A program made the position numbers and the translations under genes. The notes beneath the pieces are model-generated. The model was not told the origin of the DNA, did not search any database, and worked only from the letters and a program-made list of their open reading frames with translations. A DNA stretch of 64,000 nt from Paecilomyces variotii (taxonomy: Eukaryota): assembly GCA_004022145.1 (NCBI GenBank), contig RCNU01000002.1. One strand, given 5' to 3'. This document shows positions 11,939 to 26,000 of the stretch, piece by piece (the stretch's first letter is position 1; every line of letters starts with the position of its first letter).

Positions 11939-13119
11939 ATGGCTACTACCGAGACCAACGAGAACCCCGCCGTCGTGGATGAAACCCTCAATGATTCCTT
12001 TAACCGCGTCAACCTGGGTCAGCAGGCTGACTTGGAAGGCGTTCCCAAAACCGACGAGGAATATGCGCAGTCGATGCTCACCCTGCGCGCTATCGTGTCC
12101 TCGAAGGAAGCAGGCGTTATTATCGGCAAGGCTGGCAAGAATGTCGCGGATCTGCGCGAGGAGACTGGTGTCAAGGCTGGAGTGAGCAAGGTCGTGCAGG
12201 GTGTCCATGACCGTGTCTTGACAGTCACCGGTCCCCTCCAAGGTGCTGCGAAAGCCTATGCGATTGTAGCCAAGGGTCTCCTCGAGGGTGCCCCTCAGCT
12301 AGGCATGGGGGGCATTGTTGCGAACAACGGGACTCACCGTAAGTGGACTGTTACTCGATTTCATTCTAGCATTGACATGCAAATCATCACTATCTTTGAA
12401 TACGAACTGATTCGGGTACAGCTGTTCGTCTGCTCATCTCTCATAATCAGATGGGAACCATTATCGGACGCCAGGGTCTCAAGATCAAGCATATCCAAGA
12501 TGTATCCGGAGTGCGCATGGTGGCACAGAAGGAGATGCTACCTCAGTCAACTGAGCGAATTGTTGAAGTCCAGGGGACCCCAGAAGGTATCGAGAAGGCT
12601 GTCTGGGAAATCGGAAAGTGTCTAATCGATGATTGGGAACGGGGAGCCGGTACTGTTCTGTACAACCCTGCAGTTCGTGCCTCCACTGGTCCAGGAACAC
12701 TCAATGGTCTCGGAGGATCCTCCTCCATTGGTGGTAGCTACGGTCGTCCGTACAATCGTACTGGAAATGGTGCGGATTTCAGTGACCAGACTGGTGGCTA
12801 CAGCAGACGCTCCAACTCCGACGCTGGCAGCCGCGGCATTCCTCTTGTCACTGAAGACGGCGAGGAAGTTCAGACCCAGAATATCAGCATCCCTTCAGAC
12901 ATGGTCGGGTGCATCATCGGTCGGGGCGGCAGCAAGATCAGCGAGATCCGACGGAGCTCGGGCGCTCGTATTTCCATTGCCAAAGCTCCCCACGACGAGT
13001 CTGGCGAACGCATGTTTACGATCATGGGCAGCGCCCAGGCTAACGAGAAAGCCTTGTATCTCTTGTATGAGAATCTCGAGGCTGAGAAGATGCGCCGCAG
13101 CCAGCAGCCGCAGGAGTGA
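11939..13119 (+). CDS. Triple KH-domain RNA-binding protein (Rnc1/Hek2(Khd1)/Pbp2-like); intron 12339-12421, probable 5'UTR intron ~11691-11876
   Basis: Three GXXG KH motifs: AGVIIGKAGKNV, MGTIIGRQGLKIK, VGCIIGRGGSKISEIR; LPQSTER; C-terminal ALYLLYENLE. Confidence 0.93.
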
Positions 13120-14608
13120 GAGACCTATTGGTGCATGTGACAGACGGCGCTTCTATATCAACACCCTCTCGTCACGCTTCATGGTCTAGTGCCCTATGTC
13201 CTGGGCGTGTGTCCGTCAGAAGCTATCCATGGCTCACTGCGACCATTATCGGCTGTTTTTCTAAAAAGTGATTCCCATTTCCAACCATTATTTTATTGCC
13301 ACTATGCGGTGTCTTGATATTCTTAGACGAGGTCCTCGCTCGACGCGACTGTCATTATTTGACGACGCCACCGCGGCCATTTTAGCCTCCCGGTAATTCA
13401 CATTATCGGACTCCAGTTGCAAGACTCGCCTGGCCACGTCTTCAGTGCAAGGCTTCAGGCCATCTTATCAGGCTCGTCGCCTCTTGAGGCATTTTCTCTC
13501 CTCGACCCGTCTTCTCTCCTTCCTTCCGCTACCTTTCCCCTAATCATCGTTATCCGCAAACAATACGCCTGGGCGTTTGACGCTCCAAGAAAATTCACTA
13601 CTGTCTCCAGTCTCCCTTCTATTCCTTTGTCCGTGAACGCACGCCGATCCTTGAATTTCTCCACCTTTTTCTCCTGTCTCATCCAAGCTCTACCTATCGT
13701 CTCCTACTTGATCTCTGAATGTCCTTGCGCTACCTGCACCTCACGCACGAAAAAATATAGTCTCCGTCGACTCATCCCCGACCACTCTCACTTCATGTCA
13801 CTCATCTTCCCCCATGCCATTGGACGTGGATGCCCAGGAATATTCTCTTTTGCCATGACAGTCACAAACAGACAAACCGTTACGAAAGATGTCACCATCT
13901 GACCTGATGTGGAGAACGGGATTGAACGGTAGACAATCAATATGACCTATAATCAATAATAAATGCAGAGTCATGTTTGTCAGGAAACAGCTCGAAACGT
14001 AGGTGGCGTTGGTAGCTCAATAAGAAGGCGGTAGGGCTGAAAGTACCTCCAGTCTTAATGGTATACCTACAGTAGCAGCCTCAGTAGATATTGTGAGTCA
14101 CGGGAGATACTAACTTTGCTGTTGCATAGTTGATGACTCGCCAATGATGAAACAAGTCAGATCCGCCTATTTGTACGTGTATCCAGGGGTGCATTATGTG
14201 TACGTAGCGCTCATAGTTCTAGAAGATCCATTTTTACGTGGACGCTCACTCCCGCGCGGGGTCCCAAAGAGGAATAACAACCGCCGGGGCTCCGCCGTTC
14301 CAGATACGTCTGAACATAAAAAGCTTACAAGGTCCCGGTCTTTTGAATTGATGATACATTGCTATCTCTGTTGTATTGGAGCAGTGCGTGGTACTTTGTG
14401 CTTGGCTCTTGAAGACAGATATCTCATTCCATCATCTTCCTTCATCCACCTTTTACTTGTCCGGTTTTTATACATCGAGAGGAATTCAATCAGGCCAGGG
14501 AGGTCCCCGTTTACATTTTCCTATTTCATATCCTGAATAGGAACAGAGAAGAAAACAAAAAAAAGAAAAAAAAGAAAAAGAAAACTTCAAAGACAAAAAC
14601 TAAGCAAA

Positions 14609-15339
14609 ATGCCCAATCCCAATTTCCACCTCCTCCCCGCTAAACCAGAAGACATCCCTATCTTCGCGGACATCTTCTTCAGCGCCTTCCAGAGCTTTTT
14701 CATTCACGAATGTCTACCCGACATCCCATCCGTGCGAAACTGGTGGATCAAGAGCCAAGAAAAAGAATTCCAAGATCCAGATAACCTGTTTCTGAAAGTT
14801 ATTGAAAAGAAGGAGAAGCAGAACGATGGAAGCAACGACGAGGAGGATCCCATCGTGGCGTTTGCGAAATGGACTAAACCCGTCAAGGGAAGGAAAATTC
14901 CTCCTCAACCGGAGTGGCCAGAGGGTTGTAATGCGCAGTTGGCAGATGCTTTTTTTGGGACGTTAAGCGATGGTCATGCGCGGGTGATGGGGGAGAGGAC
15001 GCATTGGTGTAAGGTTTCCTATTTGAAATTCCCACTTTTTTTCTTGAATTAAGTTAGGTACTTATGTGGGAATTTCTATTAGTTCTTGCGTTGTTGGGAA
15101 CTCGCCCTTTGTACGAGGGGCAAGGTGCCGGGTCTATGCTTCTGGCATATGGCCTCCGCAAGGCGGACGAGGAGCAGCTCGATGCCTTTTTGGAGGCATC
15201 GCCACCGGGAGAGCCGCTGTACCTGAAGCATGGGTTTGAAGTTCAGGAGAGAGTAAGTGTCATGGTACCGGTTGACGGGCAGCTGAAGCCGTATAAAAAT
15301 GCTTTGATGGTGAGGAAACCGAAGCCTCTAGTAGCGTGA
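14609..15339 (+). CDS. GNAT family N-acetyltransferase (intron 15009-15082)
   Basis: IVAFAKW; spliced HWFLALLGTRPLYEGQGAGSML (acetyl-CoA motif A); FLEASPPGEPLYLKHGF (motif B). Confidence 0.9.
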
Positions 15340-15650
15340 AATGGCTGCTATTAAGCTGGCATATGGGTCTTTCTTCTACTCTTGAGCGAGAATACAGAAG
15401 ATTTGTTTCCGATTTTCACATCCAGGAGTATCAATGAGATGATATCCAACGATTGTTCATATGAACGTCCGCTTATAAACAGCACATTATTATACAAGTT
15501 GGGTATATATATAAAACATTTTCCACGCCCACAACGCCATCTGAACACCACTCCCATGGGGGAAATATACACCACGAGGGAAGAGGATATACCCTGTACA
15601 CAAAGACACGGTCACCTCATCCTCATCTTTTCAGGAAATGTCTAGCTTAG

Positions 15651-18641
15651 CTAAACATATAACCGCACCGGACTAGGCGCAATAACATCCCCGGACGTAA
15701 AACTGCAATGACCATACTGCCCTTCGTCGAGTTTGGCAGTATAATGCCAAGGACTCGGACTATTTTCAATTGCATCATCGTCATCAGCAGCATCCGCCAC
15801 TAGCTCACGCGTTCTTATTATTTCGTAATCTTTATTTCGACTCGGTAAGGAAGAAGTCGGGCATGCAACCCGATCTGGTGAGGAAAGCCTTTCTCCTATT
15901 AAGGCTTTATTATCCTCCTTTCGGATAGGGATTTCTCCCCACATGATCGGCTTGAGCGCATGCTCGTTATCGTCGGTTAGGGGGTGACATGCCGCGCTAA
16001 TGGCAGCGCTACAGCCATGCACGAGAGGCATATTCGATTGATACCATCTCAACCCCAGACCCAAGACGGCGAATACCATGAGACACCCCAGACCGATAGC
16101 GAAAATAATCGCGATCGGTGAAAACCCGCACGTGACGATACGGTCGTTGGACATGAGCTTGCCGTACATATTGAACTGAAGGATTTCGACGTAGAAGATA
16201 CTTTCAGAAACGAGCCAGTGCAACATGGCGGAGACGATTAGGAGGGGGATGCCGTATCGATAGGGTAAGCTAAGATAGTATGTGGAACGTTGTTGGCCCT
16301 TGGGCCAGGAGACTCGTAAGGGTTTGCGGGACATGGCGTAGTCGTCGTATTCGGCGGCGAGGAGCATGTTGGTCAGGAGGCCGTTGTAGAGGAAGTAGGC
16401 GGTGGAAACGAGGAGTTGGGGCACGTTTGCGAGGAGGATCATCCCGATGAAAGAGGAGCTGCCGCCGGTTGCGCTGAATGCGGTGATGAGGGTCGTGGGA
16501 GTGGCTGTTCCGAAACCCAGTTGCCAGAGAGCCGGTAAGGCTGCGGAGCTGCCGTAGCTTGTGATGCTGGCGATGCCGTCAGAGAGGAGGAAGCCAGTGA
16601 CAGAGAGCAGGAAGACGCATCTGCGTGGTTGGTCAGTAAAGCTGTGAGGAAGAACTGCAAGCCATGGGCTCAAAAGGAACCCACAAGGTAATAGTTACGA
16701 CCCAGCGCCAGATACTCACAGCTTGTATCCACCTCGTTCTGGGAGGGAGGACATCTGGAATCCTTGATGGTGGTGAATACTTCACAGTGGTGGTCTGCTT
16801 ATTCGGAGAAAGAGGGTTCTTCCACGACCAGGGACCTTTGCTGATATTCTTCATTGACAATAGACATCTACCCTCTGTAGTGGGATCAGGCCTGGTGAGG
16901 AAGGACGATATGGCATCTCCAACTGTCAGGAAGATCTCCTTCCGGTCATCCCGAGCCGTCAAGAACATGCAGACGATCTTGGTGAGATTGCAGAGAATAA
17001 CAGCGATGCAGATAGGAAGGCTGAATAACAGCTGGCAGTCTTGCTCTGTCGTCTGGCTGAGACAATGGTCGACTGGTGCTGTGTTGTAGCTTCCGGTGCC
17101 TATCTGAGATGCACAAATCGTTCCAGTCTGACTGACATTCGCTCTCCTGGCCCAAGTGGCATTCCGCCAGGCGGTCCCGTTGTCAAGATCCTGTCGCAGA
17201 CCTGCCTCGGAAGAAGGATATTGCCATAGTATGTTCTCCAAGTTGTGTATATCGAGGCATAAAGCATCGTCCTGTCCATACTCACAAAGGTCCGGATCCA
17301 TTGATGTCGAGCTAAGCTTGACAGGCCCATAAGGCCCATCCACCGTCGCCTGAAGTAGAGGATATGTCCAATTCTCTATCGCTACAGACCAATTATCGAA
17401 AGATGCCTGTACAGAATCCTTGTTGCATCGCCCCCAAGAATCACGCAACGAGGAACACATCCATAGATAGGATTCCGTTGCCGTGAACATGTCTCCAATG
17501 GCATTGCCCGTTCCTACCCAACGTAAAGACTGGTTTCCGATAGTGGATTGATCGTTAGTCACGACAACGAGTGTTCCTCGACCAGAGGGGTAATCAACAG
17601 CGAATGTGTCGATGCATTCTTGTTTGGTAAGCCTTTCAAATCTCCCCTGCGACATGTTGGAGTAGAAAGCGTCCATGGTCGCCGCGATGCTAGGTTCAAA
17701 GCAGTTTATATAGTCCTTGGTATGGTTGCCCGGATTATTAAAGTCAAAATCGGAAGACACAGCAACAACAGCATATTCGTTCGTTCCTACTGTAGGGAAT
17801 ACAGCCGAGTTATATCTGCACGGAAACCACAAATCAGCACCGAGTCGTGATCAGAGAATCATGTTTTCCGTTTCTGCCATCAAACCCACATCAAATGAAT
17901 AGGCAACGAAGTCATCAGCAACACGAACCACAGTACGAATCTTCTTCGTCCGACAAAATTAAAATTCCCAATACTCGGCGTTCCAATATCCAGCCACGTC
18001 CTCTGAGCATGGGCGCGGTCGACATCTTCGCGGGACGGTGATCCCAAGCACTGCATGCAGTAATTACTCGCCCCCAGAACGAGCGTACTCAGCACGTTGA
18101 TGACTAAATGGATCCCGCTGGCCCAACCTTTGGTCCTGGAGCATTCTCCCTGGTAGAGCACTGAAGCACTGGACTGCTGCTGCTCGTCTCTCGAGTATGC
18201 GATGGCGGTGGCCACGATGGTGAGGATGATATTGACGAATAGCACGACGGAAGTCACACAGGCACACACGAGCACGCCCTTAACCCATGCTCGTTCATGA
18301 GTAGGTTGAAATCCTCTGCCGGCGTTGATGAGGTGTATTAATCTCGGGGATGGTTTGTCGGTTGACGCATCTGGTGAAATAGGCGAAGTTGCTTCATGGA
18401 CATGTTCTGTAGAAGAGGAGCGACTCTGACCTTCACTATCATCAAGATAGATATGTCAGTCAATAGGACAGGGCAACTTGATACAAGATACGGTCGGTAT
18501 ATTCAACCTTTGAGGCGACAATAGATCCAAATCGATCCAACCCTTCGAATCTTCCAACCGGCCAGAATCATCGCGCTCAAACGGCCAGAACGAAGAACGC
18601 CTTCTCTTCCGGGCCGTCGGCAGTAGTAGTGTCTCATCCAT
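15651..18641 (-). CDS. Multi-pass membrane protein, DUF6536-like (introns 17816-17889 and 16621-16684; first exon and start uncertain)
   Basis: GIHLVINVLSTLVLGASNYCMQCLGSPSREDVDRAH...WLDIG, spliced SLPIHLIYNSAVF, LTVGDAISSFL, ANVPQL, QRSTYYLSLPYRY, CSAAISAACHP. These motifs are typical of this fungal family. Confidence 0.8.
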
Positions 18642-20139
18642 AGTACTCACTCACCCGCCGTTCCCTCCAGCCTCAGATAACGCCGAAAACCAAGCTTAAG
18701 CGATGCGTGAGACCCCAAGTTCCAGAAGGAAAAGAAGACAAAAACATAATTTCGGACGAAAAGCTACTCATTTCATGACTTTCTGATTCACTATTATTAT
18801 GATCTACTCGAATCTAAGCCTTGTCAGGGGCAGAGAGACTCCTGGGGAGATCTTTTGGGGGCCTTAAAGTGGAGTCTGCCAATACACTTACGGAGCAACT
18901 GTTCTGGTCTTAGCTTAGATAGCCGGATTCTTGTCGCAGGAGGTTCAGCCTCATGGGGCCTGTTGGTTCGAACTTCGTGCTGATATCCAGAGAGGCCGCT
19001 AGGTTCAGACAACGTTAATAATGTTTATGATGAGCGTGACGACGAAGGCATCCTAAATCCCAGAATCCGGAAGAAGGAAGTTCTACAGTAGACTAAATTA
19101 GTTGCATAGAATAGGTAAGTAAATGCATATATAGACAGTGCCTTGGGTAGAAGGGGATACTCACAGATGAAGTTCACACCAGCCAGCTGCTGCTGAGCTT
19201 GAACAGCGCAACCAGTGGCAAGGCGCTTGCCCAGGCTACCGTACAGGGTCTCAGACCAAGAAGTCGCAGCCAGGCTCATCTCAAACTCGTGATTTGGTTC
19301 CTGAACAAGTTCGTTGCCATTTGGATGTCTAGTTATCTGTTTCTAGAAAGTGATCCAGTGATCATTGCCGGGTTAGCTTAGGTAGCTATGTAGTTGTCTT
19401 CTCTTGGTTAGTGAACGGACATCTCGGACCAGGTCTGTGAAGGTAAATGGCCGCTGGCCTAAATATATCTGATCCAGTGACATATTTTCTAATCTTTCAA
19501 CTTGTGAAGTAACTATATTTCCCTCGCTTCAGCTGCTAATGGAAGTCCCTACGATATATACAAGTATGTACAATTCAGAGACTGTTTATAGATCCTGTTT
19601 AGGACTACCTACGGAGATCAGAAAGATCGAAATAGATATATATTCACTGTAAAATTGTTTGTATACACACATGCAAAAATGTACAAGCCAAGTGCAAAGC
19701 CCAGCGGGCCAATAACATCGCAAAATGCAGCACAAGGATCCAGAAGCACCAACACCGTGGCTGTGCAAGCAGAAGAGACACAGCTAATTTGCCCGGGTAT
19801 CTCGATCATGAAGGAAACCACGAGTCTAGAACTCCGCACTTTGCAACCGTTTCGGTAATCCAGTGCCTTTTTGTCGAAAACTAAACGCCCTCAGATGTCC
19901 GTTTCAATATCTTCGTCAGGCTGAAATCATAGAACATGTGCTGAAACTGTGGGACGCCTTGAAGATAAGTTACAGTAGGTGTGATCGATCATTAGATCAT
20001 GAGAAGCGCCACTTTTGATGGTTTCACCGCACCGCAAAACGCCAGAACGAGCAAATATGGAACGCGAGTAAAAGCGACGCAGCGCTATGCAAACAACGCT
20101 ATGTAAATGGTTGAGTAAAATGCACAATCAATAAACGCC

Positions 20140-23057
20140 TTAACTGACTGGATTGGCAACGTCTCCTGAAGCATTCATCGTACGTTGCCGAAGACCAAGT
20201 CTCCGTGCACCAAGGCTGTTTGTCCGAATCCGTGGCTGCTGAATGCTAGTATAACTCGTTGCCGTCTTATTTGACGGCGCAAAAATGCGGCTTGGAGTCT
20301 GCTGGACCGAGTCTCCTCCGTCGACCGGTCCAGCTGTGACATCCTGAGGACTTTGGACCATGGCAGAGGAAGCCAAGTATCTGCGAGAACCAGGCTGTAC
20401 ATTCACGCCGGAGACGGAAGGAGCGTAGTTGCTTGCAGGCGATAAAATACTTCTGCGGAGAGGAATAGCGGACGAGACTGTCGGCGTACGTGGCTGCAGC
20501 CGTAGTTGCTCTTGCCGGGGTGATAAAGGTTGTCCCTGCTGAGATTCCGATGCACGACGAGAAGCATATTCACGAGAAAGCCGCTCCCGCGCCGGAAGCC
20601 GGCTTCCTGGCGTTGCATTTCCGGCATCTGTTAGACTGCGCGCAAGAGGACGGCCCAAGGTGATGGTCTTATCATCAGCGTCCTCCTCGCCGCGCTGTCG
20701 CTTAGAACGAAACGAGGTGGATATACGCGAGAGCCTACTTGGGGGAGTAGGTGTCTGGGTGGACTGGGTATCCTGGGAGTGTGACGCAGCCCCGGTTCCA
20801 ACAGTCATCATACTCGCTCTCCGCGTCTCCAGTCGAGTTGGGACGCGAGAAGATGCCTGGAAACGATCCAGGTCTTCTGGCTCCTGGCTGATACCACGAC
20901 GATATGAGATGGGAGGGTTTCGCTGTTCCGTTTCCGTGGTATTTGTTCGGTTAGGGTCAGCCGTCGTTGCATCCCGGCTCCCAGGACGTGTTTTTGGTAG
21001 AGAGATCAGTCGTTCGTCCGCCAACGCGAGACAAAGCTCGGTCAAACTTCGACACATATTGTCTGCTTTTCGCTTCGCTTGTCGCTCCGACGCAGTGACG
21101 CCGTTAACGACGGAGACACTTCCGGACGGCGACGCGGTGGAACCCAACATAGTGACCAGAGTCAGCGCATCATTAGCTGTGGTCTCCAGTGCCTGATACA
21201 CTTCCCCGTTGAGGACAGTTTTTGCTTTGGCTAAAGCTGAGTGCAACAGTGGATGGGTCTGGCTGGAAGGGGCCGTCCCTTCCGCGTCGAGGACCGGAGC
21301 GCTTGCTTTTCTACGGTGCTGTTTGGGAGAAGGTGACAATGTCGTTACTGTTGTAGTAGCTGTCTGAGGCCGTTCTCCGGACGCACTGGATATGGCGGCT
21401 GCAGACGACGGCGGTAATTTTCCGGTCAGTTCTAGTTTCCGGATTCTCGACTTCAAGTCATCCAATTCATCCCAGACCGTCGAAGGAGCATTCGTCGACA
21501 GCGTCGATTCGGTACCTTCCCGCGTTGATCGATCAGTGTCGGGCTTCGATCGTTCGGCTGCGTCTGATTTTGAAGCCTGACGAACGGTGTATGAACTAGC
21601 AGTTGTTGAACGTCTATGGAGGCGAGCATCATTCAATGATGCCCGCTTATCGGCGGAGGTAGACAGTTCCGGGGATGCATCCTGGTTGAAACGACTGAAC
21701 CGACTAGAAGGCAGTCCGATTGTGGACCTGGCGCTGGAGCCGTTGAAATAACGGATGCGATTGGGCTCGTCCAATGGATGCGCTGAAGCTGGCGTGGAGA
21801 AGCCACCAAAGCTGTGGCTGAAAGGCAGTGACGGGGGATTATCCTGAGAATATGATGGAGTCTTTTGCTGGGCCAGTTGCGATTGGTCCGGAGAAGGGGT
21901 CTGCTCGTTGACTCGAGATGCGCGGGATGAAAGCGCGGAGATTGCGAATCTGGACGACTGCACAGTCGTTTGCCTTTTGTCAGCGCTTATTGGAGAGGAT
22001 TTGCGCATCAGGAATGGCAAAAATCATGGCAAAGGCCATGCTACAACAAAGCGGGATATGAGCTTACCCTACGACTCGCGGAGTCCCGACGGTTCCCACT
22101 GGATTTGGCGATGTGGAGGAAGATGTCTTCGTTCTTCGACCGATTTTCGTCTGCACTCGAGTCCTTGCTACTATCCTCCATACTTCGCCTCGCGAGGCTG
22201 CGCGCCAATTGATCTCTGTCGGAGGTCTGGACATTGCTGCCCAGATAAGTCGAAGACATTGTGTTCTTGGAAGCCGTAGGAGCGGCCGTCCGGGGCGAAG
22301 ACGGCAACTGTTCACGGCGCTGCGCAGCGGAAGGGTCGTTGTTCAGAATGGCATCGATGCTCACGGACAAACGGCTCTTCTTCCTGGCCGGAGAGGCCAG
22401 CTGCGACGAGGACGCTGAGCGGGTGATGGGAGAGAGATCCAGGTTGACGGAGGGCCGGCGTGTCTTGTCCTGCAAGAGCGAGCGCCGGGTGCTCAGGGCG
22501 GGCGGCGGACCGTTGGCGGTTTCGATGCCGTAGCTGCTGTGGGACGCGGGCGCCCTCCTGAAGTGAAACGACCTGGAGTCCGCAGCAAAGAGGAAGGGCT
22601 GGATGGCGTTGTTGGTGGTGTTGGTGATGGTGGTGCTGGTTGCTGGCGATGCGCTGATGTCTCCCGATGTTGACGATGGAGAGAATCCGGCACGCGCGCG
22701 GTCACGGGAATCGGGGCTGTTCGCGACGGCAACACTGAGAGACGACGACTGCGGCGAGGGAGGAGATGCTGGCACAAGAGAACCGGTCGAGCTGCGCAGG
22801 TTGAACTTGCGCGAGGAGATCTCCGCGAAGGCAGGATTCGACAGTCCGTGGACGCTCAGGGGCGAGACGATCTGGGGTTCGGGCGGCGGGGAGAAGCACA
22901 CGGAGTGGCGGGCGGGCTCGCGCAGAGGGAATTCTGACGATGCCCGCCGTCGCACTGCTGAGTCGGTTTGTCGTCGCGGTCGTCCCCATGGCCTCTCTCT
23001 GTCAGTGTTCCTCGTGGTGTTGAGTTCCGGCACCGAGGGTACCGTCTCGAGGCGCAT
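20140..23057 (-). CDS. Mto2/Spa18-like microtubule-organising-centre protein, largely disordered and Ser/Arg/Pro-rich (intron 21958-22067)
   Basis: Short conserved blocks WDELDDLKSRIRKLEL, LLHSALAKAK...ALETTANDALTL and ADNMCRSLTELCLAL match my recollection of S. pombe Mto2 blocks. GTAAGC...CTGAC...CAG intron joins the two ORFs in phase 0. Start codon is approximate. Confidence 0.72.
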
Positions 23058-26000
23058 TCTTGCGGCGGGCGCATCCACGGGCGCATCCAAAAAAAAAAAA
23101 CTATCTATCCGATTACCGTTTTTCTCTTCCTCTCTCTCGCGCACACAAGATCAATCCCGACGGCGAGGATGGCGGGACAAGACAGCCAGCAACCCTGTCA
23201 AGTGCGATATTGGTTTCCTCGAGGATACACAGGCATTGGGGATCTGAAAGTCAATCGGGCACAAGATGAAGGATAAGAATAATAATAGTAATCATGGGGT
23301 TCACTCGCGCCGGTGTCAGTGACCGCCAGTTTTCAGACACGACTGGGGCACTCTGAACGATCCACTGCTGGCCAGTGCTGCACAACCTGTCAGGACTTAG
23401 GAGAGAGTCTCGTTTGGACGCCTCAAACGAACAGCAAACAGTTGCCACGGCATCACTCGAGCAACCTGGTGGCTGCAATCGATGTGTTGAAGTTTACGCG
23501 GTAATATCTCCTACTCTATTTGTGTGGCCGTCCGGTCTACAGAATCAGGATGTTGGGGGCTTCACAATGTCCCCAATCAATCGCTAACTATCCCCAAAAA
23601 AATAAGAAAAAAGGGACACACACACATATGAGATATATACACAAAACTACATAGCTGTCACAGCTATACCAAAACAATCGCGATCCTCGGTTCGTGACCG
23701 TATGGTCTTCCAGTGAGGGCTGTTTGAAGTCCGTCGCGCCATGGTTCGCAACCGTCTAGGTGCTCGGTCCGCCGCAGCTAAGTAGGTGAGCTGTCATGAA
23801 GGAGAAAAGAGCCGGAGGGAAGATGGGTCTTAAATCATAACAACGACACAGTCTGCCTGATAATTGCCTACCTTCCCTGGCAAAATTTTTATGCTTGGGA
23901 TTCGCAGTCATTGCTCTCACCTGAGTCACTGCAGATACATAGTTACCATCTCAAGTCCTGCAAGACCTTGGTAGTTAGTCCGTACGGCGCTACCCAATTC
24001 GTTGAGTCGTTGCACGTTTCACTCCCCATTATTATGCTACCAACTCCCCTCTCTATTGAAACCTCTAGACAATTGACAGAAAACTGCGAGAATGGCTGTC
24101 GGAAAAGCTGTCTAGTGTCTAACTTAAGGGATAAGGATCAGATCAATCTCTGTCGCACAACTTGAACTAAAGTACTGCCATTATGCAATGCTCACTGGGG
24201 GCCGAGAAAAACCGATGTGGTGTGCGCCCATCCAAACCACGAATGAGTTCAGATAGTATCTCAATCCCGCATCAGATGGAAAAAGACAAGTCCCAGATGC
24301 TCCGTAGATAGAGTACGTAGTCTAGAGCTACAGGATAAAATCTGCACCGTCGACCACAGCAAAGACCAACTTCGATCATCATGTCCGTCCCTGCCGAAAG
24401 TCTATCTCAGATAAGCTCCCCGCAAAATCCGACCTCGACATCACCCACGTGTGTCTTATCAACACGTCCACGTTGCCCCGTTGAATGCCACTGCCGGTAC
24501 ACCATACAGTGATTCATCCATTTAATTACCGTGGCGATCGGGGGCAACAATTGACAATGACAATGACATGCTTGAATGAATGCATGCATGCCACTTGTGC
24601 CAGGTTTTAGCATATCTGAATATTGGACTTTTGCATACTCTACATTAACTGGCTTAGCCCATGGCGATAATTAATGAAGTTGCTTGCCTTGTAGGATGTC
24701 TCATTCTTCCCTGTATTTGAATTCATTCATTCATACGGACTGGCTGGAATATTGACCAGTACCGGTCCGTAGTAGTAGATTCGATAGTTAAAACCTCTAT
24801 TCGTCGCGTGATGTCAAAGAGTTAAAATGTCTTGACGACGGAGTGATCCTCCTAGGGTTTCTTACCCCGTTTGAATAGAATCCTTGTTCCGCAATGCATG
24901 CTGCTGACGGACCTTATCCGCGTGACCTGTAACTATGGTACGTGGTAATCGACAATATCCGTATCCGGATCGTAGGATGGGAATGTCGTTACGGTTCCTT
25001 GCTCTCACAACCTTCCAAGCGGAAAGGCATAAGCAGGTGACATATAATCAAAACAATGATTGCATCATTTGAACATGACCAACGCTTCAATAGTACGAGA
25101 AACAACGGTGATCCATCAGAGCATACGGAGTGACTCGAGGTTCAAAGAAGCTCCTGGCATCCCGCTAGAGCCGAGACGACGATCATACGGACGGTACTCC
25201 GCGTGGAGCACTTCATGTCGAACCGCTTAAACTTACATCCCTAAATCCGACTGAAGCGGTAAACATTCCTCAAGGATGATGACATGTATAGCTGTAGCGC
25301 TGAATCAAGGTCTTCACCAAACGCCTGGAACCGCTCATGTTTCAGTTACCTCGGTGGAAAAGGGGAGCCTAGACTCCTGTGAGCAAGTATATCGAGGAGG
25401 GCTCTCAAATCTACAGCTTTGGAGACAGGCTGCGGCGGCAGGTAGGTATACCCCTTGCTCTCAATCACGAAAATAGACACCCCTGGAGGCGGTAGTGGCG
25501 TCTCTGGGTTAGCTTAAGGGGTGCTACTCCATAAAACACCCTGGCAGTAAGCATCTATTTACGGTAGCTTGGGGTCCGTGACTCTGCGAGCGTCTCGGAT
25601 GAATGAATCAGCGCCTCACTGTCGGGAATGAGCAGGCTCGAGACGCGGAGCCAAGGTCATTGGAGAGGGTTAGCTCTGTTGACGGATGAGTTTACCCTCT
25701 TGCGTCCTCCACCAGCACTCGAAGCAATCACTGCATGGCATGTCACAGGAGGATCGTTAAGTCGACAGCCTGGCTGTTGTCACTTGAAGGGCCAAGAACA
25801 AAGGGCAGTTGTCTGCTGGATAGCAGGACAAGCAGAGACTGTAAGAGACATTGATATCGCCGGCTAGTACTACCGGAGATGTGGGATGCGACATAGTAGT
25901 AGTATGCTGCATGAGCTGGCAGATTCCTCGTAACAACATTTCGGGACATTTCTACCTTTGCGGCGGTACTTCATCTCCCTGCAGGGTTCTTCCAGGATTA

